From assembly GCA_963668355.1 (NCBI GenBank), contig OY764265.1, forward strand, positions 1,664,001 to 1,728,000: a DNA stretch of 64,000 nt, read 5' to 3'. The notes below the pieces were generated by a model. The model searched no databases. It was not told where the DNA came from and saw nothing but the letters and a program-made list of their open reading frames with translations. Origin of the DNA: Bdellovibrionota bacterium. Lineage in GTDB: Bacteria > Bdellovibrionota_G > JALEGL01 > DATDPG01. Below, piece after piece: positions 1-9,889 of the stretch. The translations under genes were made by a program, and so were the position numbers. Every line of letters starts with the position of its first letter. Position 1 is the stretch's first letter.

Positions 1-408
1 CGTGAACACATCAACATGAATGGAACGACCCTCATCGATGGTCCTCCAGGAGCCTCTTGTTCTTTATTGGAGGCCCTTCGCGATGTAGATTTCGCGCTAT
101 TGGTCACGGAACCAACACCCTTTGGGCTCCATGATTTAAAGAAAGCCGTTTCCATTGTGCGTACAAACCCACGTCCATTTGGAGTGGTCGTCAATCGGAT
201 GGGTATCGGAGATGAACGAGTTCAACAATATTGTCGAAGCGAAAATATTCCCATCCTGATGGAGATTCCACATTCCCTATCGATTGCCAAAGCATACTCT
301 TCAGCAAAGATCCTGACGGATGCCTGTCCAGAATATGTGGAAAAATTTGAGCGTTTATTCGATCGCATCCAACTCATGGTTCATGAGGAAAGTGAAAAAA
401 TCGCATGA
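1..408 (+). CDS. MinD-superfamily P-loop ATPase (COG1149-like), 5' partial
   Basis: Frame open from base 1; motifs IDGPPG and LLVTEPTPFGLHDL; paralogous to the next ORF. Confidence 0.85.
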   Translation, partial: REHINMNGTTLIDGPPGASCSLLEALRDVDFALLVTEPTPFGLHDLKKAVSIVRTNPRPFGVVVNRMGIGDERVQQYCRSENIPILMEIPHSLSIAKAYSSAKILTDACPEYVEKFERLFDRIQLMVHEESEKIA

Positions 409-1286
409 AACAACTCGTGGTCATCAGTGGAAAGGGAGGAACCGGAAAAACCACGCTTTCGGCCTCTTTGGCTTCCATGGCCCAAAATGCCGTTTTTGTG
501 GATTGCGATGTGGATGCAGCTAACTTGAACATTCTCTTGCGTGGTCATGAAAAACATTCTGAAGAGTTTTCGGGGGGAAAGCGTGCTGAGATTCTCTCGG
601 AGGAATGTGGAAACTGTGGAGTTTGTCTGGAGGCTTGTCAGTTTGAGGCGATACTCGAAAACGATGGATCTCAGTTTTGGATTGATCCCCTTCGTTGTGA
701 AGGGTGTGGTCTTTGTGTGCGACTTTGTCCGGAAAAAGCCATCTCTTTTAACTCGGTAGTCACGGGAAATTGTTTTGTTTCTCAAACAGATCGCCACCCT
801 CTCATTCACGCAGAACTCTTTCCAGGAAGTGAAAACTCCGGGAAATTAGTTTCTCAAGTTCGAAAGATGGCTCAAGATTATGCTCGGGAGAATCACAAAG
901 ATCTCATTGTCATTGATGGGCCTCCCGGAGTGGGGTGTCAAGTCATTGCAAGTGTGACGGCCACTGACCTCGTTTTGGTGGTTACCGAGCCTACGCCTTC
1001 GGGCATAACAGATATGGAGCGGGCGTTGGCGTTGGCCAAACACTTCAAACTTCCCTCCAGGGTGTGCATCAATAAAGTCGATTTGAATCCAGACTTGGTG
1101 AAATCCATCGAAAAAAAGGTGTTGAATATGGGCTCCAAGGTAATCGGGAAATTGCCCTTTGAGAAAGACCTGACCAAGGCCCAAATTCGAAACCAAATTT
1201 GGGAACAGGAAACATCTTCAAATTGGATGAAAGCGGTCGAAAGCATGTGGCCAAATCTTCTAAAAGCGTTAGAGTCAGTGCCATGA
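405..1286 (+). CDS. MinD-superfamily P-loop ATPase with inserted 2x[4Fe-4S] ferredoxin domain (COG1149-like)
   Basis: SGKGGTGKTT Walker A; DCDVDAANL; CGNCGVCLEAC and CEGCGLCVRLCP; ATGA overlap with upstream gene. Confidence 0.9.
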   Translation: MKQLVVISGKGGTGKTTLSASLASMAQNAVFVDCDVDAANLNILLRGHEKHSEEFSGGKRAEILSEECGNCGVCLEACQFEAILENDGSQFWIDPLRCEGCGLCVRLCPEKAISFNSVVTGNCFVSQTDRHPLIHAELFPGSENSGKLVSQVRKMAQDYARENHKDLIVIDGPPGVGCQVIASVTATDLVLVVTEPTPSGITDMERALALAKHFKLPSRVCINKVDLNPDLVKSIEKKVLNMGSKVIGKLPFEKDLTKAQIRNQIWEQETSSNWMKAVESMWPNLLKALESVP

Positions 1287-2302
1287 CCCAAAAGATGGAT
1301 GTCGACGCAATTCTTCAAAAATCTGAGAATCACGAATTCATAAATGGAGAAGAAATCGCCTTTCTGTTTTCCCTTTCGCCTTTTTCCAGGGAATCCGCTT
1401 TGGTACGGGCGATGTCGTATCAAAAAAGCCAGGAGTGCAATCAAGGGTGGGCGGAAGTCCATGCCCAAGTCGGATTGAATATTTCTCCTTGTTCGAAGAA
1501 CTGTCTCTTTTGTGCCTTTGCGGCCAAAAACCAGGTGTTTAAAGAGCGGGTGAAACTGAGTGTGGAGGAGGCCGTTCAGATGACGTCTCAGTTTGAGCGA
1601 GATGGAGCCAATGCCATTTTTTTGATGGCCACGGCCGATTTTGATTTTTGCGAGTTCTTGGAAACGACGACGGAAATCAAAAGAAATTTACGTAAGGACA
1701 CGGTCCTTGTGGCGAATGTGGGGGATTTTTCGCTGGAGGAAGCCAAGAAATTAAAAGATGTGGGTTTTTCGGGTGTTTACCATGCGGTTCGTTTGGGCGA
1801 AGAAAAAATCACTCGAATTCCAGTGAAGAGGCGGCTGGAGACTTTTTTGAATGCAAAAGAAGTGGGATTGTCCTTGGGTACCTGCGTTGAGCCTGTCGGA
1901 CCAGAACATACCGTTGAGGAGTTGGTTGAAAAGACCTTAATCACGCGAGAGGCCGCTCCAGTATACAGTGGGGCTGCTCGAAGAATCCCCATTCCCAATA
2001 CCGAATTGGCCAGACATGGGATTGTGAGCGAAGCGAGGATGGCCCATATTCTGGCCGTGGTTCGTGTGGCTCTCCCCAAATCCATTCCCGGAAATTGCAC
2101 ACATGAACCGAATGTTGTCGGCGTGGCTTCGGGATCGAATCTGCTGTGGGCGGAGGTTGGTTCTAACCCTCGTGATCCAGAGAAACAGACAGAAAGAGCC
2201 AGGGGCTTAGATGTTGGGACATGTCGAAAAATGTTTGAGGAAGCAGAAGTGAACGTGTTGAATGGACCCTCCTTGATGTATCAGAGTCCATCCTCTAATT
2301 AG
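1283..2302 (+). CDS. Radical SAM protein, biotin-synthase-like fold, function unknown
   Basis: CSKNCLFC (CxxxCxxC); start placed at the ATGA overlap at 1283. Confidence 0.8.
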   Translation: MTQKMDVDAILQKSENHEFINGEEIAFLFSLSPFSRESALVRAMSYQKSQECNQGWAEVHAQVGLNISPCSKNCLFCAFAAKNQVFKERVKLSVEEAVQMTSQFERDGANAIFLMATADFDFCEFLETTTEIKRNLRKDTVLVANVGDFSLEEAKKLKDVGFSGVYHAVRLGEEKITRIPVKRRLETFLNAKEVGLSLGTCVEPVGPEHTVEELVEKTLITREAAPVYSGAARRIPIPNTELARHGIVSEARMAHILAVVRVALPKSIPGNCTHEPNVVGVASGSNLLWAEVGSNPRDPEKQTERARGLDVGTCRKMFEEAEVNVLNGPSLMYQSPSSN

Positions 2303-2315
2303 AGAGAAGGTTGAT

Positions 2316-3101
2316 GTGACGTGGAATCTTGATCCAGAAATTTTTTCCGTGGGACCCGTAACGATTCGTTGGTACGGACTTTTGTTCGCCTCCGGATTTT
2401 TGGCTGGCACCAAGGTTTTGGCCCGCATTTTAAAAAGCGAAGGAAAGTCTGAAGAAGAGGCTTATAATCTTCTCTCGTATATGTTCTTTGGGGTCTTGAT
2501 TGGCGCCCGTTTGGGACATTGCATTTTTTATGATCCGGGCTACTACTTCAGCCATCCTTTGGAAATTTTGAAGATCTGGGAAGGGGGCCTGGCCAGCCAT
2601 GGTGCTGCCATTGGCATCATGATTGCCGTCTGGCTCTATGTAAGGAAGACAAATATGGGCTCTTGGCTTTGGCTTGCCGATCGACTGAGTGCGCCCATTG
2701 CGTTGGGAGGAGCTTTCGTTCGTTTTGGAAATTTTTTCAATTCAGAGATTTTAGGAAAACCCACCGATGTGCCTTGGGGAATCACTTTCCAGAGAATTGA
2801 CTCCATTCCTCGACATCCCTCTCAACTGTATGAAGCGTTTCTTTTACTTGCGATCTTTTTCGTTTTGCGCGTTGTGTACAATCGAAAAAAAAGATCTACG
2901 CCAGAAGGTCTTCTTTTGGGATTGCTCATGACATGTTTGTTTTCTGTGCGATTTTTCTTGGAATTTTTGAAGACACAGCAAGCCGCTTTTGAAAATCCAT
3001 ACCTGCTCAATATGGGACAAATGTTAAGTCTTCCACTGACCGCGGTTGGCCTATTTCTTTTGATTCGAGTTTGGATTTCCCGAAAGGAAACCTCTCGCTA
3101 A
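2316..3101 (+). CDS. lgt: Prolipoprotein diacylglyceryl transferase
   Basis: IRWYGL, GARLGH, IWEGGLASHG, RFGNFFNSE and RHPSQLYE signature motifs. Confidence 0.95.
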   Translation: MTWNLDPEIFSVGPVTIRWYGLLFASGFLAGTKVLARILKSEGKSEEEAYNLLSYMFFGVLIGARLGHCIFYDPGYYFSHPLEILKIWEGGLASHGAAIGIMIAVWLYVRKTNMGSWLWLADRLSAPIALGGAFVRFGNFFNSEILGKPTDVPWGITFQRIDSIPRHPSQLYEAFLLLAIFFVLRVVYNRKKRSTPEGLLLGLLMTCLFSVRFFLEFLKTQQAAFENPYLLNMGQMLSLPLTAVGLFLLIRVWISRKETSR

Positions 3102-3102
3102 G

Positions 3103-4803
3103 TCATTTTTCTTTTGGGAATGGCCAGGCAGCTACGCCTCCCTCCAGAACACGAACATTTTTCCAGCCATGAGCCTTTAGAATCAAAGAGGCCTCATATC
3201 CTCGAAGCGAGATCTTGCAGTAGCAGACGACTTCTTGATTCTTGTCCTCTGGAAGCTCATGCAATCTTTTTCTAAGTTGCCCCAAGGGAATCAGCGTCTC
3301 TCCAATCCCGAGATGGGTTTCTTCATATTCATCAGGGTTTCGCGTATCGAGAAGAAAGGGAGTGTTTCCTTGGTCCACCTTTTCTTTGAGTTCGATTGCC
3401 GATATGGGGTGGAAACGCCCTTTCAATGTGTTTTGAAGAACATGGGCAGTCGCAATGAAGTGATCGATGGCTAAAGAGAACGGGGGTGCATAGGGGAGGT
3501 CTGAGTTGACCAGATCTTCAACCGTGAGTTTTCCTTGAATGGCAATGGCCCATTGACCCACTTGTTTGGCTACATCCCCCAGTCCAACGCATTGTGCCCC
3601 CAGAATTCGCCCGCTGGATTTATCTGCCAGGACCTTCGTAACCAAAAGCTTTCCTTTCATAAATCCCGGTTTGTCCGGACCGGCGTTGATCACAGATACG
3701 GTATTGTCAAATCCCTGATCCTTTGCAGATCGCGCATTTAAACCCGTAGATCCCGCGGCAAACTCAAAGATTTTGCATATTCCCGTTTGAATGGTTCCCG
3801 GAAATCGAACGGTGTCTCCCAAAATGGCATTTTCACCGGCGACACGCCCTTCCAAGTTTGCCAAATCTCCGAAAGGAGCGTGGACGGACTTTCCAGTAAT
3901 CCGGTGGTTGACTTCAATGCAGTCTCCCGCCGCATAGATGTGAGGATCTGAAGTGCGCATATGTGAATCAACAAGAATTCCGCCCGTTCTTCCAATTTCC
4001 AACCCCGCTTCTTGTGCGAGTTCGCCATTTGGTTTCACGCCAATGGCGGAAACAGCCAACTGACAGGGAAGGGTCGTGCCATCCGAAAGTTTAACCCCTG
4101 TCAGTTTTCCATCCTCTCCGATGAATTCAGAGAGTCCGTTGTTGATGTAAACATGAACGCCCTGACTTCTGAGATGGTTTTCAACCAATTTAGCCAACTC
4201 CCAATCCAAAAAGGTTAGAAGTTGGGGCAAAATCTCAACGACCGAGGTTTCGATTCCTGCGAGTCTCAAGGCCTCACATGTTTCAATGCCGATTAAGCCT
4301 CCACCAATGACCACCGCATGCTCGACATTCTTTTCATCTCGGACTTTTCGGAGGTAATCGGCATCTTGCATGCTTTGTAGCGTGGTGATGCCCGAGAGCC
4401 CGTATCCCTTCACAGGAGGGATACGAGGCGACGCTCCAGTGGCCAAAATCAACGAGTCATAGGGAAGGGTTTTTTGCTCGCCCGTTGAAAGGTGTCTGCA
4501 GGTGACAGTTTGTTGAGTTCGGTCAATGGAAAGGGCTTCTGTTTCTGTGAGTGCTTTGATGTTTTTTGCCGCCAAAAAAAAGGAAGGATCTCGTACGATT
4601 CCGGTGGGAGCGCATAAAAGCATGTTTCGATCATCAAAGAAGCCCCCCACATAGTAAGGATACCCGCAGGAAGCCATGGAAAGATCGGGTCCCTTTTGAA
4701 TGATTGTAATGTCCGCATACTCGTCCAATCTACGAGCTTTCGAAGCGGCCTTAGGGCCAGCAGCAGATCCTCCGATGATGACAATTCGTTTTGATGCTTG
4801 CAT
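3103..4803 (-). CDS. CoA-disulfide/persulfide reductase with C-terminal rhodanese domain (Cdr/Npsr-like)
   Basis: GGSAAG FAD motif; SCGYPY redox Cys; GGGLIG; YAPPFS; C-terminal CYCKISLRG...LEGGVAAW rhodanese. Confidence 0.9.
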   Translation of the reverse strand: MQASKRIVIIGGSAAGPKAASKARRLDEYADITIIQKGPDLSMASCGYPYYVGGFFDDRNMLLCAPTGIVRDPSFFLAAKNIKALTETEALSIDRTQQTVTCRHLSTGEQKTLPYDSLILATGASPRIPPVKGYGLSGITTLQSMQDADYLRKVRDEKNVEHAVVIGGGLIGIETCEALRLAGIETSVVEILPQLLTFLDWELAKLVENHLRSQGVHVYINNGLSEFIGEDGKLTGVKLSDGTTLPCQLAVSAIGVKPNGELAQEAGLEIGRTGGILVDSHMRTSDPHIYAAGDCIEVNHRITGKSVHAPFGDLANLEGRVAGENAILGDTVRFPGTIQTGICKIFEFAAGSTGLNARSAKDQGFDNTVSVINAGPDKPGFMKGKLLVTKVLADKSSGRILGAQCVGLGDVAKQVGQWAIAIQGKLTVEDLVNSDLPYAPPFSLAIDHFIATAHVLQNTLKGRFHPISAIELKEKVDQGNTPFLLDTRNPDEYEETHLGIGETLIPLGQLRKRLHELPEDKNQEVVCYCKISLRGYEASLILKAHGWKNVRVLEGGVAAWPFPKEK

Positions 4804-4833
4804 GATTCATCCTTAGGTAAAAGCGTGTTGAGG

Positions 4834-4863
4834 CAGTTTTGTACATATGCACAAAACTGTCAA
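4834..4863 (-). promoter_or_regulatory. Near-perfect 26-bp palindrome overlapping a TTGACA -35 box; probable repressor operator
   Basis: CAGTTTTGTACA-TA-TGCACAAAACTG at 4834-4859; minus-strand TTGACA at 4863-4858; about 30 bp upstream of the reductase start. Confidence 0.6.
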
Positions 4864-4895
4864 GAGGGTTCCAAGCCCTCTGAATCGTGGGGAGG

Positions 4896-5912
4896 TTAAT
4901 AGCTATGTTCGTCGATGATGACCTTGCCTTTAAATTTTCGGTAGATGAAAACGGTGTAACCAATCACCAGAGGCATTCCCACGAGGGCGATGACCAACAT
5001 GACCTTTAAGGTGTAGTCGCTGGAGGAGTGGGTATAGGCCGTTAGACTATCCTCTAGATTTAGCGTGGAAGGAACCAGACGCGGGAACAATCGGGCAGTG
5101 GCAAGTCCGAACGCACTACCGATCACCACGCTCGTGGCGAGAAATGTTCTTCCAGCTTTCTTTGCGTGGTTCGCCAAAGGTATATAGATCAGTCCTCCCA
5201 GGAGTAGAAGAAAGAAGAGCCACGTGACAAGTCCTTTGGGCCCCTTTTGATATAAGTGAGGAGCGGCAAAAAATCCGTAGATCGTAACCCCTATAAAGAG
5301 AAGAATGAAAACGACCCATGTTTTTGAAATCCACCGTCGCATTCGAATTTGAAGGTCTCCCTCGGTCTTCCAGCTCATATATGCCGCCCCATGCATGGTG
5401 AGAGCAGCTAATCCAAAAAGTCCTATCAAAAGAGAGAAAGGATTCAAAAGACCGAGGAAAGAGGCGTGTATCTGAGCGTTTGAGTCAACCGCCATTCCAC
5501 GGAGGATGTTTCCGAAAGCTACACTTAAAAGGAGAGCCGAAACCAGACTTCCGAATCCAAAGGCATAATCCCAAAACTTTTTCCACCTGGCGTCTTCCAC
5601 TTTGCTTCGAAATTCAAATGAGGTGGCTCTAAAGATGAGCGCAACCAGCAAAAGCATGAGCGCAAGATACAAGGCACTAAAGACACCGGCATAGACAGGC
5701 GGGAAAGCGGCAAAAAGAGCCCCACCTCCTGTGAGTAGCCAAACCTCGTTTCCATCCCAAACGGGACCGATGGCGTTCATGTGAATGCGTCTCTCTTCTT
5801 CACTTTTTGCAAAGAGATGAAGGATGCCAACTCCCAGGTCAAAACCATCCAAAATGGCATAGCCCCCCAACAAGACACCAACGAGTAAAAACCATATGAG
5901 ATGTAGGTCCAT
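4896..5912 (-). CDS. cydB: Cytochrome bd ubiquinol oxidase subunit II
   Basis: LDGFDLGVG and IGPVWDGNEVWL motifs; start at MDLHLIWF with GGAGG upstream. Confidence 0.95.
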   Translation of the reverse strand: MDLHLIWFLLVGVLLGGYAILDGFDLGVGILHLFAKSEEERRIHMNAIGPVWDGNEVWLLTGGGALFAAFPPVYAGVFSALYLALMLLLVALIFRATSFEFRSKVEDARWKKFWDYAFGFGSLVSALLLSVAFGNILRGMAVDSNAQIHASFLGLLNPFSLLIGLFGLAALTMHGAAYMSWKTEGDLQIRMRRWISKTWVVFILLFIGVTIYGFFAAPHLYQKGPKGLVTWLFFLLLLGGLIYIPLANHAKKAGRTFLATSVVIGSAFGLATARLFPRLVPSTLNLEDSLTAYTHSSSDYTLKVMLVIALVGMPLVIGYTVFIYRKFKGKVIIDEHSY

Positions 5913-5913
5913 G

Positions 5914-7248
5914 TTAAACCTCCGAGGAAGATGGAATTTCGTGTTTGACTTCACGGAACAGAACAAAAAGATACAAAGCTCCCAAAGCCAGATAAACCAG
6001 GCTAAACAAAATGATGCTAAATAAGATTTCTCCGGAACCCACGGTGGGGGAATACGAATCGGCTGTTCGGAGAAGTTTGTACACAGCCCAAGGTTGCCGG
6101 CCAACTTCAGCAGCAAACCAACCAAATTGACACGCGATCAAAGGAAGGGGCGTAGAGATTACCAAGGCCCAAAGAACTTTTCGTTGGCTCCACAAATTCC
6201 CTTTCCAATGCAAAAAAGCACTCACAAGAGTTAGGAAAATAAACCACCCCCCTAGAAGAACCATATTGTGAAAGGAGACGAAGGTTCCCCAGAGGGGAGG
6301 ACGATCATCTTTTGGAAAATCATTGATCCCCTTTACTTCGGCATTGAAATCACCAAAGGCCATCCAGCTGAGCAGGCCTTTCAATGGAAGCTCAAGCGGA
6401 AGGTGTATTTTGGGGGTGTCCGAATGAACCAGCCCAAAGACTAAAAGAGGGGCGCCGTTTTCGGTTTCGTAGACCCCTTCAATGGCTGCGAATTTTTCAG
6501 GTTGGGTTCGAGCCACCTGTTGAGCGTGATGATGCCCCGTGGGCATGGCCGTCAATATCGAAAAAATCAACCCTACCCAGACCGAAACGGTCAAAGCTTT
6601 GCGGCCCACGACATGATCTTTGTTTTTTAGAAGCAAGAACGCGGCGGTGCCTGCCATAAAGAAAGCGCCGGCAACCATAGAGGCAGAGATCGTATGCAAA
6701 AATCTCGGCATCATGGAGGGATTGAAAACCGCTTCATAGAAACTGGTAAGTTCCGCTCTTCCCAAAGCTTCGTTCATGACATAGCCCGCAGGGGTTTGTT
6801 GCCAGGAATTGGCCACAAGAATCCAGAACGCTGAAATCGTTGATCCCACAGCCACCATGAGAATGCTGAACCAATGAAGGCCCGGAGAAACCTTTTTCCG
6901 CCCAAAAAGATAAAGTCCCAAAAATGTGGATTCCAAGAAAAAGGCAAACACACCCTCTGCGGCCAAAGGTGCACCGAATATATCTCCGACAAAGGTGGAA
7001 TACCGAGACCAATTGGTCCCAAACTGAAACTCCATCACAATGCCTGTAGCGACTCCCACCGCAAAGGTTAGCGCCAAAAGCTTGGCATAGAATTTTCCCG
7101 TTTGTACGGCTACGGTGTCATTTCGTTTCCAGCCTTTCCACTCCAACCAAACCAATAACCATGCAAGGCCAATGGAGATGGGAGGGAATAAAAAATGAAA
7201 TCCCACAGTAAGTCCAAATTGAATACGAGAAAGTAGTAATGCGTCCAT
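5914..7248 (-). CDS. cydA: Cytochrome bd ubiquinol oxidase subunit I
   Basis: LSRIQFG..FHFLF, GIVMEFQFGTNW, QPEKFAAIEG and EVGRQPW motifs. Confidence 0.95.
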   Translation of the reverse strand: MDALLLSRIQFGLTVGFHFLFPPISIGLAWLLVWLEWKGWKRNDTVAVQTGKFYAKLLALTFAVGVATGIVMEFQFGTNWSRYSTFVGDIFGAPLAAEGVFAFFLESTFLGLYLFGRKKVSPGLHWFSILMVAVGSTISAFWILVANSWQQTPAGYVMNEALGRAELTSFYEAVFNPSMMPRFLHTISASMVAGAFFMAGTAAFLLLKNKDHVVGRKALTVSVWVGLIFSILTAMPTGHHHAQQVARTQPEKFAAIEGVYETENGAPLLVFGLVHSDTPKIHLPLELPLKGLLSWMAFGDFNAEVKGINDFPKDDRPPLWGTFVSFHNMVLLGGWFIFLTLVSAFLHWKGNLWSQRKVLWALVISTPLPLIACQFGWFAAEVGRQPWAVYKLLRTADSYSPTVGSGEILFSIILFSLVYLALGALYLFVLFREVKHEIPSSSEV

Positions 7249-7253
7249 TCCTA

Positions 7254-7601
7254 TTACCCTTTGAAATGTGTTTTTCGGAACCCCTTCGCGAGTTCTCCCC
7301 GTTTTTGTAAATTATCCAACAAAAGCTTTCGAATGTCCTCTCCAACTTTATGAAGGCGAGCGTCGGTCAAACGATAAAAGACGGTCTTCCCTTCCTTTCG
7401 CGTTGTGACAATGTGTCTGGAGCGGAGAACCCTCAGATGTTGGCTGACATTGCTTAGGCGGGTCTTCATGATTGTGACCAATTCCCCGACGCTCATCTCT
7501 CCTTTGCTTAAAAGAGAGATGATCATGAGCCGCTTTGCGTTAGCAATGGTTTGGCAAAATTCGGCATGAAGCTCGAATAAGTGTTTTTCTTTTGAATTCA
7601 T
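7254..7601 (-). CDS. ArsR/SmtB-family transcriptional repressor
   Basis: ANAKRLMIISLL...SVGEL...SNVSQHLRVLR...RKEGKTVFYRL winged HTH. Confidence 0.9.
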   Translation of the reverse strand: MNSKEKHLFELHAEFCQTIANAKRLMIISLLSKGEMSVGELVTIMKTRLSNVSQHLRVLRSRHIVTTRKEGKTVFYRLTDARLHKVGEDIRKLLLDNLQKRGELAKGFRKTHFKG

Positions 7602-7649
7602 AGTTGCGAAAGTTTGAAACTATAGTAAGAAAACAATTGGAATAGTCAA
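7600..7649 (-). promoter_or_regulatory. Putative arsR-cydAB promoter with imperfect palindromic operator over the start codon
   Basis: Minus-strand TTGACT-N16-TACTAT; imperfect inverted repeat ATAGTTGCGAAAGTTTGAAACTAT at 7600-7623. Confidence 0.45.
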
Positions 7650-7686
7650 CCAAAGGTTTTCTTGATCTTAGAAAAGAGGGTTAAGC

Positions 7687-8238
7687 ATGAACATGAAATT
7701 CGTTCGAAATTTTTCCTGGGCCATCGGAATCTTCTTGGTTGGATGTGCGCCGATCAAAGTGCAAACCTTTGTAGATCCCTATCGAGCGGTTTCGGATCTT
7801 CATACTTGGACATTTTCTCCTGGAGCGGGTGCTTGTTTCTGTGCGGAGGGGGTTTCCGGAACCTATCGCATGAAAAGGCTCAAGGAGGAGTTTCTCAGTC
7901 AATTGGGAAATCATGGGTATACGTTTGTAAAAGGACAAGAAGCCGACATGTATTTGAACTATCGATGTATGGTGGATCGAAAAATTGTTCAAAAGGTGTT
8001 TATCAATCCAGCTGATGTTGAACGTGGGGGTGTTAAGACCTCTCAGGCTGAATGCGAATTCAAAGAGGGGCAGTTAACTGCCTATATGTTGGATAAAACT
8101 TCGAATATTCTTTGGCAAGGGAATGCCCAGGTGCGCATCTCTCAGACCAACAGCAAGGAAGACATTCGAAGCCGTGTTCATCAGGTGGTTCATGCGTTGT
8201 TGGAAAATTTTCCAGTTCGACTTGAGGGAAAAGATTAA
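7687..8238 (+). CDS. Lipoprotein, DUF4136-like
   Basis: Lipobox LVGC; C-terminal EGQL...D....ILWQG...LENFP pattern. Confidence 0.65.
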   Translation: MNMKFVRNFSWAIGIFLVGCAPIKVQTFVDPYRAVSDLHTWTFSPGAGACFCAEGVSGTYRMKRLKEEFLSQLGNHGYTFVKGQEADMYLNYRCMVDRKIVQKVFINPADVERGGVKTSQAECEFKEGQLTAYMLDKTSNILWQGNAQVRISQTNSKEDIRSRVHQVVHALLENFPVRLEGKD

Positions 8239-8268
8239 AAACACGGCTGTTTGAGAAAAGGAGAGAGA

Positions 8269-8739
8269 ATGATGCTTGGAGTTTTGATTGGTTTTGTGTT
8301 GGGACTGCTTTTGACCGGGATTGCAATATTTGTTTTGGCTCCTCGAATGATGTTGATGGAGGACCGAAGTAACCTAGGATTTCAAGAGACCGTTGATACC
8401 ATCGAAAAAATAGCTCTTGAAGCGGATTGGCAAGTGCCGTCTATCCATCCGGTCTCCAACTCTGTTGCCAAAGCGGGGTATTCTGTCCGACCGGCCACCG
8501 TGGTTGAACTCTGTCATCCCGTCTTGGCTGGACAAATTTTGGGCAGCAACGAGGGACGAAAGGTGGTTCCCTTGATGCCATGTCGAGTGGCTGTGTATGA
8601 GAATGAAGACGGTTCGGTTACGATTTCTCGGATGAACTCTGTGTTGATGAGCAAGCTTTTTGGGGGAATTGTACACAAAGTCATGTCCAAGGCGGCAGGC
8701 GAGAACGAAGAAATGTTCAAACCTCTTTTGAAGAAATAA
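8269..8739 (+). CDS. DUF302-family protein with N-terminal membrane anchor
   Basis: VELCHP...LMPCRVAVYE motif; AGGAG ribosome-binding site. Confidence 0.8.
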   Translation: MMLGVLIGFVLGLLLTGIAIFVLAPRMMLMEDRSNLGFQETVDTIEKIALEADWQVPSIHPVSNSVAKAGYSVRPATVVELCHPVLAGQILGSNEGRKVVPLMPCRVAVYENEDGSVTISRMNSVLMSKLFGGIVHKVMSKAAGENEEMFKPLLKK

Positions 8740-8757
8740 AGAAAGGAGAGGAGGGAT

Positions 8758-9147
8758 ATGGAAGCTGTTTTTCCACATGGAAAACGAGTGGATGTCCAAA
8801 TCGGACAATTTGATATTCCAACGGATCAATCCAAAGCCAATGGGGGAGAGAGTTCTGCGCCAGAGCCCTTTGACCTTTTCTTGGCCTCGATCGTGGCTTG
8901 TGCAGGAATTTATGCGAAGAGTTTTTGTGATGTGAGAAAGTTGAATACCGAAGGAATGAAACTCACACAAGAGCTCAAACGAAACGCAGATACGCGAGTG
9001 ATTGAAGAGATTTCTTTGAAGCTCCACGTACCTGCGGATTTTCCAGAAAAATATGAAAGGCCTGTTTTGAAAGCGATGAATTCATGCTCGGTGAAGAAAC
9101 AACTCCGATCCGACATTGAATTTAAGTCAACCGTCGTGCGCAGGTAA
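8758..9147 (+). CDS. OsmC/YcaO-associated family protein
   Basis: TDQ...GG...APEPFDLFLASIVACAG and CSVKK motifs. Confidence 0.85.
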   Translation: MEAVFPHGKRVDVQIGQFDIPTDQSKANGGESSAPEPFDLFLASIVACAGIYAKSFCDVRKLNTEGMKLTQELKRNADTRVIEEISLKLHVPADFPEKYERPVLKAMNSCSVKKQLRSDIEFKSTVVRR

Positions 9148-9166
9148 GCCCGACTTTAATCTTTGC

Positions 9167-9889
9167 TCACTTTCCGAAAAGAAAGTCGAAGAATCTGGAT
9201 TTATATTCTTCGAGGAATTCCTGCTGAGCTTCGTGAAGCACATTTTCGTCTGGATTCCGAAGAGCATTGTAAGGGAGCTTCACCACGACATAGGGCTCCT
9301 CATCCGATTCTTTGACAGTGCTGACGAAGCCTCCCTTTCCGGGCATGTAAATGGCAAAAACGACCCGAATGGTTTTGAAGCGTTTGAGTCGCTCCATGTG
9401 GTTCAGATTGAAGGAAATGAAGAGAGGTAACGTATCTTTCCATTCTTTGATCTTCATTTTGGCGAAGGCTCTTCCGAAGGGAAGAAAGAGTTTTCCCAAG
9501 GATCCTCGGGTCTGTAAGCCTCTCTCAATTTGCGAAACCACTTTTTCTGCGTGGAGCATGAGTTGTTCTTCCAGTTCGGAATCGAAGTCTTTCGGAATAT
9601 ATTCCAGGTAATAATCTTGATTTTGGTTGGCCCAAGCGACTCGGAGCAAGGTGACATAGACATCCCTAACAATATCGTCTCTGTTTAGATAGAAAGGATG
9701 ACTTTCTCCTTGAGAAATCATGGAAACGCCGGAAATGATATCGTCGGCTTTTCTGAGTGCGAACTCAGCGTAGGCAATGTTCATTTCGTCGTAATTCGGA
9801 AAAACGATCTTGGGAGCTTCAGATTGCGCGTGGGTTGAGTTTACAAGAATGAGTGCCAAAAAACCGAAGACCAAAAATGCTTTTTGCAT
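9167..9889 (-). CDS. Hypothetical secreted protein
   Basis: 240-aa ORF with signal peptide (MQKAFLVFGFLALILVNSTHA); no motif recognised. Confidence 0.6.
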   Translation of the reverse strand: MQKAFLVFGFLALILVNSTHAQSEAPKIVFPNYDEMNIAYAEFALRKADDIISGVSMISQGESHPFYLNRDDIVRDVYVTLLRVAWANQNQDYYLEYIPKDFDSELEEQLMLHAEKVVSQIERGLQTRGSLGKLFLPFGRAFAKMKIKEWKDTLPLFISFNLNHMERLKRFKTIRVVFAIYMPGKGGFVSTVKESDEEPYVVVKLPYNALRNPDENVLHEAQQEFLEEYKSRFFDFLFGK

